This document shows positions 1-12,424 of a stretch of 64,000 nt of DNA, one piece after another. Position 1 is the stretch's first letter. Each line of letters opens with the position of its first letter. The notes under the pieces were generated by a model. That model was not told the DNA's origin and did not search any database. It saw nothing but the letters and a program-made list of their open reading frames with translations. A program made the position numbers and the translations under genes. This stretch comes from Hemiscyllium ocellatum (Eukaryota), in contig NC_083435.1 in NCBI RefSeq assembly GCF_020745735.1, positions 33,417,231-33,481,230 of the forward strand, in the 5' to 3' direction.

Positions 1-270
1 GTTACCGACATGAAATTGCAGTCACCAAATTGTTGTTCATTGCTTATCCAATTAGAGATTATCTGACTCCTCTTGATAACTTCAGTTCTCACCTATCTTA
101 GTTAGAATCCATTAGCTCAATTTATCGAATCCGTTGATATTGGTTGCAAATAGTTGAGGCCCAAGCACTAGCCACTGTGCCACTGAAGTCATTAATTTGT
201 GTTTAACTAACAAAAAATAATTTATCCCTAATTTATCCCTGCTCCCGGCTCAGTTACCATTCCTCACATA
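1..270 (-). mobile_element. Highly degenerate CR1 LINE RT relic
   Basis: Reverse complement resembles the CR1 RT segment around GSVLGPQLFxIYIN (cagtggctagtgcttgggcctcaactatttgcaaccaatatcaac); paralogous to 34130-34360. Confidence 0.5.
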
Positions 271-393
271 GTACCATTGCGAAGCTGAATATTTCCTTCC
301 ATTTTCTGTATAGCAGTCATGAACGATTAAAATATTAACTCCAATTGCTGAGTAACAGCCTCAACTGGTTGGATGGCCTCATTCTGTTCATAT

Positions 394-950
394 TTAAAAG
401 TCCTGAATAGTCTGCTTCAGTACAGGTGTAGTTGTGAATAGTGCTGTACATTTTGGAACCATCAGTGTATGGCCCACTTCTGCCTTTATGATGGAGGCAA
501 TGCCTTTGATCCTGTAGCTGCTGGTAGCCCAGAGTGCCTCGTGGATGCCCAGTTTCCGTTTGCTTTGTCCTTTAGAAGCATGTTCTACTTCGCGGGAGGT
601 AGTGCCACATAATATAGCGGGCGGTATTTTCAATACGAGACTGAGACTTGCCTTCCGCCAGGACTGTGTGCTCGCTGCTCTTACAGATACTGGTAGGGAC
701 TGATTCATCTGTGGCAATTAGTTTGGTGAGAACGTTTCCCTATTGATCGTTCCCCCATCACTACTCACAGTTTGGCGAATGTGTACTTGAGACCTCACCC
801 TGCTCATTCAATGGTGAGAATGTGGAGACACTCTTGGTGATGGAATTGAAGGGTCCGTTCTGTGTCCTTGTCACCCTCAGTACATCCTACGATTTGTTTT
901 CAATGTCATGGGGAACTAAGGTATCACCGAGCGGTGGTGTGAGGTGTGGG
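394..950 (-). mobile_element. Relic of a second CR1/L2-group LINE family (AP-endonuclease C-terminal part and linker)
   Basis: Minus-strand frames give broken FN(V)HHQE and NWASTRHSGLPAAT motifs of an APE-type LINE; multiple frameshifts. Confidence 0.55.
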
Positions 951-976
951 GCAGTAGATATCCATCATCAGAGGAA

Positions 977-1459
977 ATGAACAAACCAACAGCCACGCTC
1001 AGACAACAACTTACTAGAACAAAGGACCTGATACCCAACATGAGCAAAACTAATGTAGTTAACAAAATACCATGCAAGGACTGCACAAAACACTATATAG
1101 GACAAATAGGAAGACAGCTAACAATCCGCATACATGAACATCAACTAGCCACGAAACGACACGACCAGCTATCCCTAGTAGCCACACACTCAGACAACAA
1201 GCAATATGAATTCGACTGGGAAAACACTACTATCATAGGGCAAGCCAGACAGAGAACAGCCAGGGAGTTCCTAGAGGCATGGCATTCATCCACAAACTCC
1301 ATCAACAAATACATCGACCTGGACCCAATATACCAACCACTACAGCAGACAGCTAAAACTGACACCCGGAAGCGGCAAGGACAGACCACTATAAATACCG
1401 GAAGAAACATCAAAGAAGCGCTTCGCAGGAGGCTCCAGAGCACTGATGATGTCGCCTAG
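977..1459 (+). pseudogene. Penelope GIY-YIG endonuclease fragment (RT absent; VVY motif reads VVN)
   Basis: ORF 944..1459 translation has the YIG motif, CxxC and the conserved R and E residues; the upstream RT is missing. Confidence 0.85.
1390..1406 (+). promoter_or_regulatory. TATA-like box with adjacent ETS-like CCGGAAG in the Penelope terminal repeat
   Basis: tataaataccggaag about 25 nt upstream of the ribozyme stem; motif match only. Confidence 0.3.
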
Positions 1460-1503
1460 CCAGGGGACGAAACGTTTGCAACAAAAACTTCCAGCTCCGC
1501 GAA
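1422..1503 (+). ncRNA. Minimal type I hammerhead ribozyme (Penelope-associated)
   Basis: CTGATGA 1443-1449, extra T, stem II GTCGCC/GGGGAC, GAAA 1469-1472, palindromic stem III AAACGTTT, stem I GCA/TGC, distal helix TTCGC.GGAG.CT with AGCTCCGCGAA. Confidence 0.8.
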
Positions 1504-1851
1504 CAGAACCACAACAATGTGTATGATCTAATGGCGTTCCCGGCCGCATACTATAATTGAAGTGGCTACAGTGTGACTGATATTGGGAACTGAATGTCCA
1601 AAGCATTTTTTATTTGGGAGAGTTATACAAAAATGAAAAGTGGGGGAGATGTCGGAATTAGGATTGCACTGGTATGATCGGAACAGAGGACCTTGCATCA
1701 AATGATCGCGATATTGTCTTAACCATATTGTTTTTTGTGCAAAGTGCCAGTTGAGTTGAATTTTTGGATAGATTCCCACCATGAGGCTGAGTGGGTCACC
1801 AAACCAGGTGGACAGAAGGACCTTCGTGAGGAGTGCCTTTATGACTCCATC

Positions 1852-2055
1852 ACATTCTATACCCGACATTCTTCAGAACATTCTATAACTGACATTCCCT
1901 GGAATAATATATAACTGACATTCCTCAGAACATTCCATACCTGACATACCCAGGAACATTCCATAACTGACATTCTCTGGAACATTTTCCCACTATTATT
2001 CCCAGGAACATTCTGTAACCGACATTCCGTGGAACATTCTATCCCTGACATTATT
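1852..2055 (+). repeat. 26-bp minisatellite, about 8 units (GAACATTCYATAACTGACATTCYCTG-like)
   Basis: Direct tandem units visible; reverse complement of the array at 32697-33378. Confidence 0.9.
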
Positions 2056-2602
2056 TGCGAACGGCCGAACGTCAGTGAATTGAACAAAAGATACGAACCC
2101 AAGGGAAGAGGTCTCATTCCAGGCAGAAGAAGATGATGTTGCAATGTCCCGTCAGGCAGTTAAAGGGGTGAATACGTTTTCCCTGCGTTTACGACAGATG
2201 TTCGACCACAATTTACACTAAAAGACAGAAATTTCCAACCTCCGTTTGTCTTCAATCAACTGAGACAGAATCCTTCAAGACTGCAACGTTTTCACTCCAA
2301 GTATTAAGAATTAGATAGAAGTGAATTTTGTCGGCTCTTGAGTGATCGAGTGTGTGGGAATGATCCGGAAACCACGTGTTCTCATGGATGTATTTTTGTG
2401 TGTTTGGGAATAGAGGGTTTCTTGTGCTTTGTGACACATTTTTGTCAGTAATTCAGACTTTCCCAATTGATATTTGAGCTTCGACTATTTGAATAAATCT
2501 CTGAATACAGTGGCACAGTAGAAAATCTCACTGAATCCTTAATCAACATGGTCACTTTGCCTCCAGATTGATGTATAATGTGCTTGCTTTCCTTCCTCGC
2601 AG

Positions 2603-3511
2603 TTAACATAATGACGATCTACATCCTGCTTTATAAAGATTGTCGATTGTCTCCATGTGTCAGACGGTACCTAAGGGCCATGGCAGTGGCGGATCTACTG
2701 GTCATTATTCTGGACCTGATACTGAGACACATTCCCATTTTTCATCCGGAAATATTTTATTTCCTGTACTCCATTTCTGTGTGTAATATCCATGCGGCCC
2801 TGCTTTATGCAGCCACTGACTGTCTGTCTGGTTCACCATCACTTTCACCTTTGATCGGTTTATGGCCATATGTTGACAGAAGTTGAAAACTAAATATTGC
2901 ACTGAGAAAACTGCAGCTGTGGTTCTGGGAACAGTGACTGTGCTGAACCGTTTAAAGAATATTTTCTGGAATTTTATGCTCACAACTCGGTATTGGTTGG
3001 GGAACACCCCCTTGTTTTTAGATGAAACAATTTGTGCTCAACTCTCTCGAGTCTGGGCTGCAATCGAGTTACTTCACCAAGCCGAGTTTAACCCCGGCTC
3101 TCCCATTTCTCCTGATTCTGCTGCTCGATGCTTTCACCATCAGATACATTTTAGTGACCAACAGAGCCCGCAGGAGATCGGGCTCACAGTGATGGAGGTG
3201 GTCATTCTGTCACAGAAATGAGAATCCGTTAAAAAAATCATCCTTTTACTGTTTGTGTTCTCAGCCAATTTCATCCTGTTATGGTCACCATTAATTATGT
3301 ACTTTGCATGTCTCCGGACCTATTGGATTTTGTATCGGGCTGTGTTTCTAGATTATTTTGTACTGGAGATGGGCTTCGCGTTGCAGCTCCTCAGTTGCTG
3401 CACAAACCCCGCAATGTATCCTGTGACCCAGACTAAGGTCAGTCTGCAGCTGAAGAATGTGCTGAAATATCCCTTAACCAAATTAATAAACCAATCATAT
3501 CCACTCATTAA
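2603..3511 (+). pseudogene. GPR139/GPR142-like class A GPCR, exon 2, pseudogene
   Basis: Acceptor ttccttcctcgcag at 2601-2602; colinear with 31237-32147; 1-nt deletion near 2824, TGA at 2874-2876, further frameshifts near 3085 and 3230. Confidence 0.9.
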
Positions 3512-3720
3512 TCAATCCATCCTGGATTTTCTCATTTCAGTTCAATGTTTCAGCAATGAAGCAGCCTGTCACTCTTGTATCAGATTTAGGGTAGCCCTGA
3601 TTTGTGCAATTTTATCCCACACTGGGTCACAGGGACACATTTCATTGTTACTCACAGCTCAGCGGCTATTGAGTAAAGGCATCATCCCACTAACTGTTTC
3701 AATCACTTCAGTTTGTAAAC

Positions 3721-3726
3721 AATAAA
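3721..3726 (+). terminator. Putative polyadenylation signal of the GPCR pseudogene
   Basis: AATAAA about 210 nt after the stop, conserved at the paralogous position 31019-31024. Confidence 0.45.
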
Positions 3727-3984
3727 AAGTATTCATTAAATAGACCCGAGCAGCAAAGTTAACAATAATATTGGTTTTAATTGTGTTGAAGAAGCTGAGA
3801 TGGAGACAGTCGCACTCAGCCCCCAAATTCTGTTCTTCATCGAAGGGGAGGGGAACACAGCCTGCGTTCAGGAGTTGGGTTTAAGTCATACTGTCCTGGC
3901 TGTTATCTCTCAGGCCTCCACTCTGTCCAGCCCTCAACAGAACTCATCTCTCTACCATGTTCCCACCAGCTCCACCTAACCGTA

Positions 3985-4410
3985 TCTGTCTCTCTCTCTC
4001 TCTCTCACTCGCTCTCTCCATCACGAACTTTGCCTCATCCCCCTCTTGAACTCTCTCCCATTTTGTCTCAGCATTACTTCCCCTCATTTTTTTCATCTCT
4101 CCGTCCATATATTCACTGTTTCTCTCCCCGTCTACGTTTTACTCTCTGTCATCACCCCCCACCACATTCTCTCTCTCTCTGTCTCTCTCTCTCTGTCTCT
4201 CTCTGTCACACACACACACTCCCTACCTCAACCCCCGCTTGCTCCATCAACATCCGAGCTTCTTTCTCACCCTCCTTTTCTCTCTAACACTGCTCTGGTC
4301 TCTGTCTCTCTGCCGGCTCTCTACCTCTCCAATATTTTCTCGCTTCTCCCACCCAAACCCTGTCCACACCTCTCTATTCTCGCTGCCCTCCGCAACCTCT
4401 CCACCCACCT
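3985..4410. repeat. CT-rich low-complexity tract
   Basis: Pyrimidine-rich (CT)n/(CA)n mixture on the + strand. Confidence 0.85.
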
Positions 4411-4419
4411 TATGTCCCT

Positions 4420-7400
4420 GGGTAAGAGGGAGACGGAAGGAAGAGCGAGACAGATTGTGTCAGGTAGAGTAAGGGAGGGGGATAGATTCAATCAGAGGGG
4501 AAGGGAGGAGAGAGAGAGTGGGAGGGGAAAAAGAAAGAGTGGTGGGTACAGCGACACAGAATGGGGTGAGGTAGAGAGAGAGAAAATGGGAGGAGATTAG
4601 AGAGTGTGGGTGGGGCGATATAGAGCGAGAGTGACATGGGAATAGACAGAGACAGTGGAAAGAGGGTAGAGTGAGAGGGTAGAAAGTGTATGCGTGATGA
4701 GTACAGACAGAAACAAAGAGTGGGAAAGGGCAGATACAGAGAGTAAGAGTATGTAGGAGGGATGGAGAGAGAGAGTGGGAAGGAACAGAGAGTGTGAGAG
4801 AAAGACTGGGAGGACGGTAGAGAGAGTGGGAGGGGTTTTACAGAGGGAGAGAGTGGGAGTAGTGAAGAGACAGAGGGGGAGAGGAGTCAGAGAGAGAGTG
4901 AGATATAGTGGGAGGGGAGTAGAACAGCAAGAATGGGGGGGAGAGAGGACAGAGTGAGAAATAGTGGGGTTGTTAAGGGATAGAGAATGTGTAGAGAGAG
5001 AGTGGGAGAGGTTAGAGAGAGAGAATGATGGAGGAGGTTAGACAGAAGGAGAAAGAAAGGGAGTGGGATAGAGAGAGAAAGAGAGAGTGGGAGGGGTAGA
5101 GAGTGAGTCGGAGTTATAGAGAGAGTGGGGGGATAGAAAGTGGGAGGGGTTCAGAGAGAAAGATTGGAGGGTTGAGAGAGAGTGTGGGAGCCGGACAGAC
5201 AGAGACAGAGGGAGTAGCGTAAAAAGAAAGAGACAGAAAGTGGACGTGGGGTAGGGAGAGAGTGGGAGCGAGGTAGACACAGAGTGAGACGGTGATAGAG
5301 AGAGTGGCGGAGGGGTAGAGAGAGTGAGAGTGAGAGTGAGTCAGGTAGATAGACAGAGAAGGAGGAGGGTAGAGATGGAGAATGGGAGGAGTGTAGCGGG
5401 GGATGCAGAGAGAGAGAAAGAGAGGGGGTAAAGAGAGAGTTTGGGATGGTTTAGAGAGAGGGGAGGATGTAGAGAGATTAAGAGACAGACAGTGGGGAAG
5501 GGGTACAGGGAAAGAAAGTGGGGTGGTACAGAGAGAGTGGGAGGGGATAGAGAAAATGAGTGGAATGGTATAGAAACAGAAAGATAGAGGGGTGCAGACA
5601 GATTGAGAGTGGGAGAAAGGTAGAGAGAATGGGAGGATATTGGAGGGAGATAGATGGAGGGAAGGGACAAGAGTGTGAGAGAGTGGGAGGGTAGAATAGA
5701 CAGTAGGAGGGCAATAAAAGCAGAGAGAGTGGCATGGTGATCTAGAGAGTGAATAAGATGAGGGCGGCAAGAGAGCCGGTGGTGAGAGGTAGAGAGATGA
5801 CGGTGCACAGCAAGATTCGGAAGGGGTTAGAGAGAGTGGGAGAAGGCAGAGTGAGACTGAGAGGTGGGGGAGAGAGAGTGGGACGAGAGAGAGAGAGTAG
5901 AGAGAGAGAGAGAAACAGAGTGGAGCAGAGAGAGAGTGGGATGGGTTAGAGACAGAGAGAAAGATAGTCAAGGGTGTAGAGAGAGAGTGCATGAGAGGAG
6001 TTAGATGAGTGTGGAGAGAGAAAGAAAGTTTGAAAGTGGGCAGTGGGAGAGAGATGGAGGTGGTAGACAGAGAGAGAGGGAGAGGTAGAGAGTGTGTGGC
6101 ATGACAGAGAGAGTGTGAGGGATTAGAGAGAGAATGGGGTCTAGAGAGAGAGGGGTTTAGAGAGAGAGTGCGAGGGTGTAAAGAGAGAGAATGGGAGGGG
6201 GAGAGAACGAGAGTGGGAGATGTATAGAGAGAGACTGGGAGCTGATAGAGAGAGCAAGGGTTGGGTGATCTAGACCTTGGGAGAGAGTGAAAACGGCGTA
6301 GAGAGAGAGCGAGAGAGAGAGATGGAATGGGGTAGAGAGAGGGAGTGGATGGGTTAGGAGCAGAGAGACACATAATCAAAGTGGAGAGAGATAGAGCATG
6401 AGAGGAATGTGGAGCGAGATAGAGAGAAAGCGTGGAAGTGAGGGGAGGGGTGGTAGAATAGAGAGTGCGGGAAACGTGTGAAGAGTGGGAAGTGCTAGAA
6501 AGAGAGAATGTGAGGGGGTAGTGAGAGTGTGGACGTCTAGGTAGAGAGCGATACAGAGGGTCTAAGACATACAATGGGAGGGGGTCAGACAGTAAGAGAG
6601 GGGAACAGAGATCGAGAGAGTGGGAGGAGGTAGAGAGAGAAAGAGGAGGTAGAGAATGAAAGGATAATTTAGAAAGACAGAGGGAGATTTGTAGAAAGAT
6701 TGAGAGACAGAGTGGAAGGAGGCAGAGAGAAAGAGAGTGGAGGGTTAGAGATAGAGAGGGAGTGGGATTGGGTAGAGAAAGAGAGTAGTCGGCATATAGA
6801 GAGAGAAAGAGAGGGGAGTAGAGAGAGAGAGGTGGGTGGTTTATATATAGAGAGAAAGAGAGTGGTTGAGGTCTATAGAAAGATTGCGAGACAGAGTGGG
6901 AAAGTGGTAGAGAGAGAGTGATGGGGTAGAGAGAGTGAGTGGGTGGGATGTCGTGAGAGTGAGAAAGAAAAAGAGAGTGGGAGGGTCTTAGATGGACATG
7001 GGTGGGGTGGGAGGGGAAAGGAAAAAAAGTGGGAGGTGAGATAAATAGTGGGAGCGGATAGAGGCAGAGAGAAAGTAGGAGGTAGATTGAAAGAGAGGAG
7101 GGTAGAGAGAGTTGATAGACAGAGAGGGCAGTAGGGAGAGCATGGGAAGCGGATAGAGAAAGAGAGAGAGATGGGGTTTAGAAAGACAGAGTGGGGGTAG
7201 ATAGAGAAAGTGCGAGAATGGTGAAGAGAGAAAATGGGAGGTGGTAGAGAGAGTGGAAGGAGCCTAGACCTTAAGAGAGAATGGGAAGGGCGTATAGAGA
7301 GAGATGGAGTGGGGTAGAAAGTGAGGAGTAGGTTACAGACAGAGAGAGAGATAAGCAAATATGCTAGACAACGAGAGGGAGAGGGGAGTGTTGAAAGAGA

Positions 7401-9120
7401 GATAAAGAAAGCGTGGAAATAGGGCAGAAAGAGAGAGAGTGGAGACAGAGAGAGTTGTAGAGACTGGGGTATGGGAGACAGATAGATTGCGAGGGGGTAG
7501 AGATAGAGAGTGGGAGGCATGTAGAGAGATAAAAACAGTGAAGGTTAGAGAGAGTGTGTGGAATGGTTTAGAGAAAGAGAGAGAGTGTTAGAAAAATTGA
7601 GAGAGAGCGAGTGGAAGATGTGTAGAGAAAGAGAGAGTTGGAAGGGGTAGAGAGAGTGTGAGTGTTAAAGTGAGAAAGAAGGGTGCGGGTACAGAGAGAA
7701 AGGGGAGGGTGTGGGTTAGAGAGAGAAAGAAAGAGAGGAGGGTAGAGGATGAGTTTGTAAGATGATTTAGAGAGAGAGGGAGGGATGTAGAAAGAATGAG
7801 GGAGAGAGTGGGAGGGGGTAGAGGGAAAGAAAATGGGAGGGTAGGGAAAGAGAATGGGGGAGTCGAGACAGTGTTGGGTGGGTTCCAGGAAGAGAGAGAT
7901 AATCAAAGGGGAGAGAGGTAGAGACAGCATTAGAAGTGAGGGGAGACAGAGAGAGAAAGAAAGCGTGGAAGTGATGGGAAGGGAGAGAGAGGGGTGGTAG
8001 AGAGAGAGAGTGGGAAAGGTATGGGCAATGGGGTGTGGTAGAAAGAGAGAGTGTGAGGGCATAGGGAGAGTGTGGAGGTCAGGAGAGAGAGACAGACGAG
8101 TTTAGAAAGACAGTGGATAAGAGAAAAAGAGAGGGGGCGTTAGAGACCGAGAGAGTGGGAGGAGGTAGAGAGAGAAAGAGAGGGGGTTGAGAGAGAGTGA
8201 GATAATTTAGACAGAGAGAGGGAGATCCATAGAAAGATTGAGGGATAGAGTGGGAGAAGGGCAGAGAGAAAGAGAGTGTGGGTTGGAGATAGAGGGGGAG
8301 TGGGAGGGGGTAGAGAAAGAGAGTAGTAGTGATGTAGACAGAGAAAGAGACGGGTTAGGGAGATAGGGATGGTTTAGTGAGATACATAAAGAGAGGGACG
8401 GAAATACATAGAAAGATTGAGACAGGATGGGAGAGGGGTAGAGAGAAAGAAAGTAGGGGTTAGAGAGAGGGAGGGGGAGTGATGTCGTTCGGGAGAGATA
8501 GAGGGATGTAGAGAGAGAAAGAGAGATAGGGTTTAGACTGTGTGTGATGGATTAGAGAGAGAAGGAGGGATATGGATAGATTGAGAGAGGGAGGGGGAGA
8601 GAGGTAGAGTGAAAGAGAATAGGAGGGGTAGGGAGAGCGCGTGGGGGAGTGGAGAGAGAGTGTGAGTCATGCAGAATGCGAGATAGAGAGAGGGGACGGT
8701 GAAAGACAGAGAGAAGAGGAGGGGATACAGAGAGAGTGGGAGGGCTGAGGTGAGAGAAAGAGACAGACGGGACAAAGAGTGAGAATGCAGGATAGAGAGA
8801 GAGGGAGGGGTGTAAAAAGATTGCGAGAAATCGTGTTGGAGAGGGGTAGAGAGAAAGTGAGTGGGGGTAGAGAGAGTGGCAGGGGGTAGAGATTGGGATG
8901 ATTTGGAGAGAGTGGGAGTCATGCAGAGAGTGTGAGGGGGAGGGGTGTAGACAGAGATATAAAAGGAGGGAGGTAAAGAGAGAGTGGGAGGTATGTGAAC
9001 AGGCACAGAGGGAGGGTGGAACAGAGAGAAAGATAGAGAAGGAACACAGAGCGAGAATGTGGGATGGTTTAGAGAGAGAGAGGGAGTGGTTTAGAAAGAT
9101 TGAGAGAGATAGAGTGGGAG
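4420..9120. repeat. About 4.7-kb GA-rich degenerate tandem/low-complexity tract (core GAGAGTGGGAGGGGTAGAGAGA)
   Basis: Extreme purine skew on +; recurring GAGAGTGGGA motif; no coding signature. Confidence 0.95.
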
Positions 9121-9124
9121 GGGA

Positions 9125-9810
9125 ACCCTTGCAGAAATATTTGGATCAACTATAAATATGGTTGAGGTGTCGAGTGACTGTGGAGTGGCTAATGTACCTT
9201 TGGTTAAAAAGGGATGTAAGGAGAAACCTGGCAACTCTCGATCTGTGAGTCTAGCTTTGGTGGTGTGTAAGATGTTCCGGCAATTCTGAAAGATAAGAAT
9301 TATATGCGTTTTGAGAGACAAGGAATGATTTGGGATAATCAGAATTGTTTTGTGTGAGGGAAACTGTCTTAAAAACGTGATTGAGTCTTTTGAGGAAGTA
9401 AGCAAGAAGATTGACGAGGGCGGTGTGAGAAATTGTTTACTTGGACTTTGGTAAAGCCTTTGACTAAAGGTTTTGCATTGTAGACTAATCCTTTGAATTA
9501 GATCACATGGGGTTGGGGGAGCTTTCCAATTGTAGTTAAAGTTGTTTTAATGGCAGGAGGCAGAGACTGCTGGTGGAGGGTTGTTTCATAGACTGGAGAA
9601 GTGTTTCCAGCGGATCATTGCTGGGTCCACTTTGATTTATCATTTTTATAAATGATTTAGACGAAATTACAAAAGGCCTGATAAATAATTTTACAGATGA
9701 CACCAAAATTTGTGGCATAGTGGACAGTGAAGAAAGTTATCCAAGATTTCAAATCCACATCTTGATCATTTAGGACAATAGGCTGAGGAATGGCAGATGA
9801 TATCTAATTC
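9125..9810 (+). mobile_element. CR1 LINE RT fragment
   Basis: Degenerate ANVVPLFKKG...PGNxRxVSL, LDFxKAFD and FADDTK-like segments. Confidence 0.8.
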
Positions 9811-10329
9811 GGATGAATTCGAGGATAAATACTGACACAATTAAAAGTAGTTATTCTGTTGGATCTTGTTGTTATATTTGGTTCTAAATGATGATCTGGA
9901 AATGCTTCTGTTTAAAAGTGCTGTGGCCTTTTGGCCACAGAGAGACCAAAAAACAGTCCTCCACTTAGTCCAGGGCACACTCATTCTTGCGAGTTGGTGG
10001 TGGAGTAATCTCCTCACCAGAGCTCATTCGCTCAAAGCATTTTTCTGTCTTCTTTAGACACATTAACCTGACTTTATTTTGATGCTTTGGTCTTTGAAGC
10101 TCGTTCATAGAGGCGGCAATAGCGATAGTTGGGACACTTTGGCAATCAGACACAAGGCAGCTGGTCACAATCAGCAGCATCAAGACTTCATCAATATCCA
10201 CAGCTGGATTCTGTCGTGACTCAGCTGACATGGCAATGAATCATGGCAACAGAATGGGCCCAGTGTGTGCCCGAACAGTGGTAGTGACAGTGAACGATGG
10301 TTACAGTGGCGATGCCTGGCCTGCCCAAT

Positions 10330-12262
10330 GTGGTACAGCCGCAGTTCGTGCCGAGGCCTGGTGTGGCTGATGTAGTTCAGCGGCAACAACAGCACTGAGG
10401 TCTGGTGTGCCTGATGTAGGTGAGCAGCAGAGGTCAGTGGTGAAGCCTGCTGTGCCTAATATAGATCAGCATAAGTAGTCAGTGGTAAAGCCAGGTGTGC
10501 CGAAAGTAGGGCAGCAGCAGCAGTCAGTGGTGAGGCCTAGTGTGCATGATGTAGTTCTGTAGCAGCAGCAGTAGTCAGCGGTGAGGCTTGGTGTGACCGA
10601 TGTAGGTCGTCAGAAGTCAGCTGTGAGGCTTAGTGTGGCCAATGATAGATCATCAGCAGTTAGTGGTGAGGCCTGGTGTACCCGATGTGGGTGAGCAGCA
10701 GCAGCAGTCAGTGGTGAGGCCTGTTGTGACTGATGTAGGTCAGCGATGTAGGTCAGGAGCAGTCAGTAGTGAGGCCCAGTGAACCCAATGTAGGTCAGCA
10801 GCAGCTCTCAGTGGTGAGTCCTGGCGTGCCTGATGTAGGTCTGCAGCTTTCAGCAGTAAGGTCGGGTGTGCCAGAAGTACTTCAGCTGCAGCAAGCAGCC
10901 ATGAGGTCTAGTGTGCCCAATGTAGTACCGCCACAGCAGGCAGCGATGAGGACTGGTGTGCCTGGTGTAGGTCAGTAGCAGCAGTCAGCTGGGAGACCTG
11001 GTGTGCCTAATATTGTTCAGCAGCAGTCAGCTGTGAGAACTATTGTGCCCGATAGGTCAGGAGCAAAAAACAGTGATGAGGTCTGGTGTGATGGAAGGAG
11101 ATCAGCAGCAGCCCTGAGTGGTGAGGCCTGACATGTCCAAGGTAGGTCAGCAGCAGTCAGCATGGAGGTCTGGTGTGACCGATGTAGATGAGCAGCACTC
11201 AGCCGTGTGGACTGTTGTGCTCGAAGTAGGTCAGCAGCTGCATTCAGCAGTGAGACCTGGTGCCCGATTGTGGCCAGCAGAAGCACTCAGCGGTGAATCC
11301 TAGTGTGTCTGAAGTGGGTCAGCAGCAGCAGAGAACAGTGAGTCCAGGATTGCCCGATGTAGGTCAGCAGCAGTCAGCAGGGAGGCCTGGTGTGCCCAAA
11401 GTAGGTCAGCAGCAGTCAGCAGGGAGGCTGGATGTGCCCGATGTAGGTCAGCAGCAGCAGGCAAAGGTGAGGCCTAGTGTGCCCAATGTAGTTTAGCAGC
11501 AGCACTCAGTAGTAGGCCTGGTGTGCACAATGCAGTTCAGCAATCAGCAGTCATTAGTGAGGCGTGGTATGCCCAAAATAGGACAGCAGCAGCACTCAGT
11601 GGTGAGACCTGCTATGACTGATGTAGGTCAACAGAAACAGTCAGCAGGAAGACCTGACATGGCCAGTGTCAGTTAGCAGTATTCAGCGGTGAGGCTTTAG
11701 TTTAACCAATATTGGTCATCAGCAGTAGGCAGCAATGAGGACTGTTATGACCAAGGTAAGTCAGCAGCAGACTGTGTTGCGGTCAGTTGTGGCAGAGGTA
11801 GGTTAGCAGCAGTCATTGGTGAAGCCAGGTGTGCCCGATGTAGGTCAGCAGCAGCAGACAGTGGTGAAGCGTAATGTGCTTGATATTGGTCAGTACCAGC
11901 TGTCAGGTCTGAGGCCTGGTGTGCCCAATGTAGGTCAGCAGCAGCAGCAGCAGTAAGCAGTGAGGCTTAGTGTGCCCGATGTAGGTCAGCAACAATCAGC
12001 AGTGATACTTTGTGTGCCAGATGTAGTTCAGCAGCAGCAGTCAGCAATGAGGCCTGGTGTGTCCGATATAGGTCAGCATCAATCAGCAGTGATATCTTGT
12101 GTGCCCGATGCAGTTCATCAGCAGCAGTCAGTAGTGAGGCCTAGTGTGCCTGATGCAGATCAACAGCAGTCAGCAGTAGGGCCTGGTGTGCTGAATGTTG
12201 CTCAGCATCAGCAGTCAGTGATGAGACATGGTGTGCCCGATATAGATCAGCAGCAGCAGCTT
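10330..12262 (+). repeat. 42/45-bp CAG-containing minisatellite, roughly 45 units
   Basis: Unit GTGAGGCCTGGTGTGCCCGATGTAGGTCAGCAG(CAG)nTCAGC; translates as RPGVPDVGQQQSAV where open. Confidence 0.92.
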
Positions 12263-12424
12263 GCCCTTACCTTTCCAAAAAATTTCAATCCTGTCCCTCA
12301 GAATCCATCACGGATGTCTGGCTCACTGATCTATACTCTTCTGAGTTTTCCTTACTACGTTTCTTAAGTAGTGGCACCATGTTAGCCAAAGGTCAGTCTT
12401 CTGCCACCTAACCTGTAACGCCTG

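Larger units (their letters stand above)
980..1517 (+). mobile_element. 5'-truncated Penelope-like element (GIY-YIG region plus 3' terminal repeat)
   Basis: Encodes KPTATLRQQL...NVVNKIPCKDCTKHYIGQIGRQLTIRIHEH...REFLEAWHS; ends in a hammerhead-bearing terminal region. Confidence 0.9.

Noticed and set aside
5114-9006. Long minus-strand Ser/Leu/Pro-rich ORFs (up to 486 aa)
   Set aside because: Pyrimidine-rich strands rarely form stop codons; overlapping ORFs occur in several frames with no domain content.
9921-9940. Perfect hairpin CTGTGGCC-TTTT-GGCCACAG sharing GGCCTTTTGGC with U2 stem I
   Set aside because: Only 11 nt match U2 with no flanking similarity; compatible with chance.
9965-10231. 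Minus-strand ORF with a hydrophobic stretch and a good donor (CTG|GTGAGG) near 10020
   Set aside because: No recognisable homology or partner exon; wrong position and strand to be exon 1 of either GPCR.
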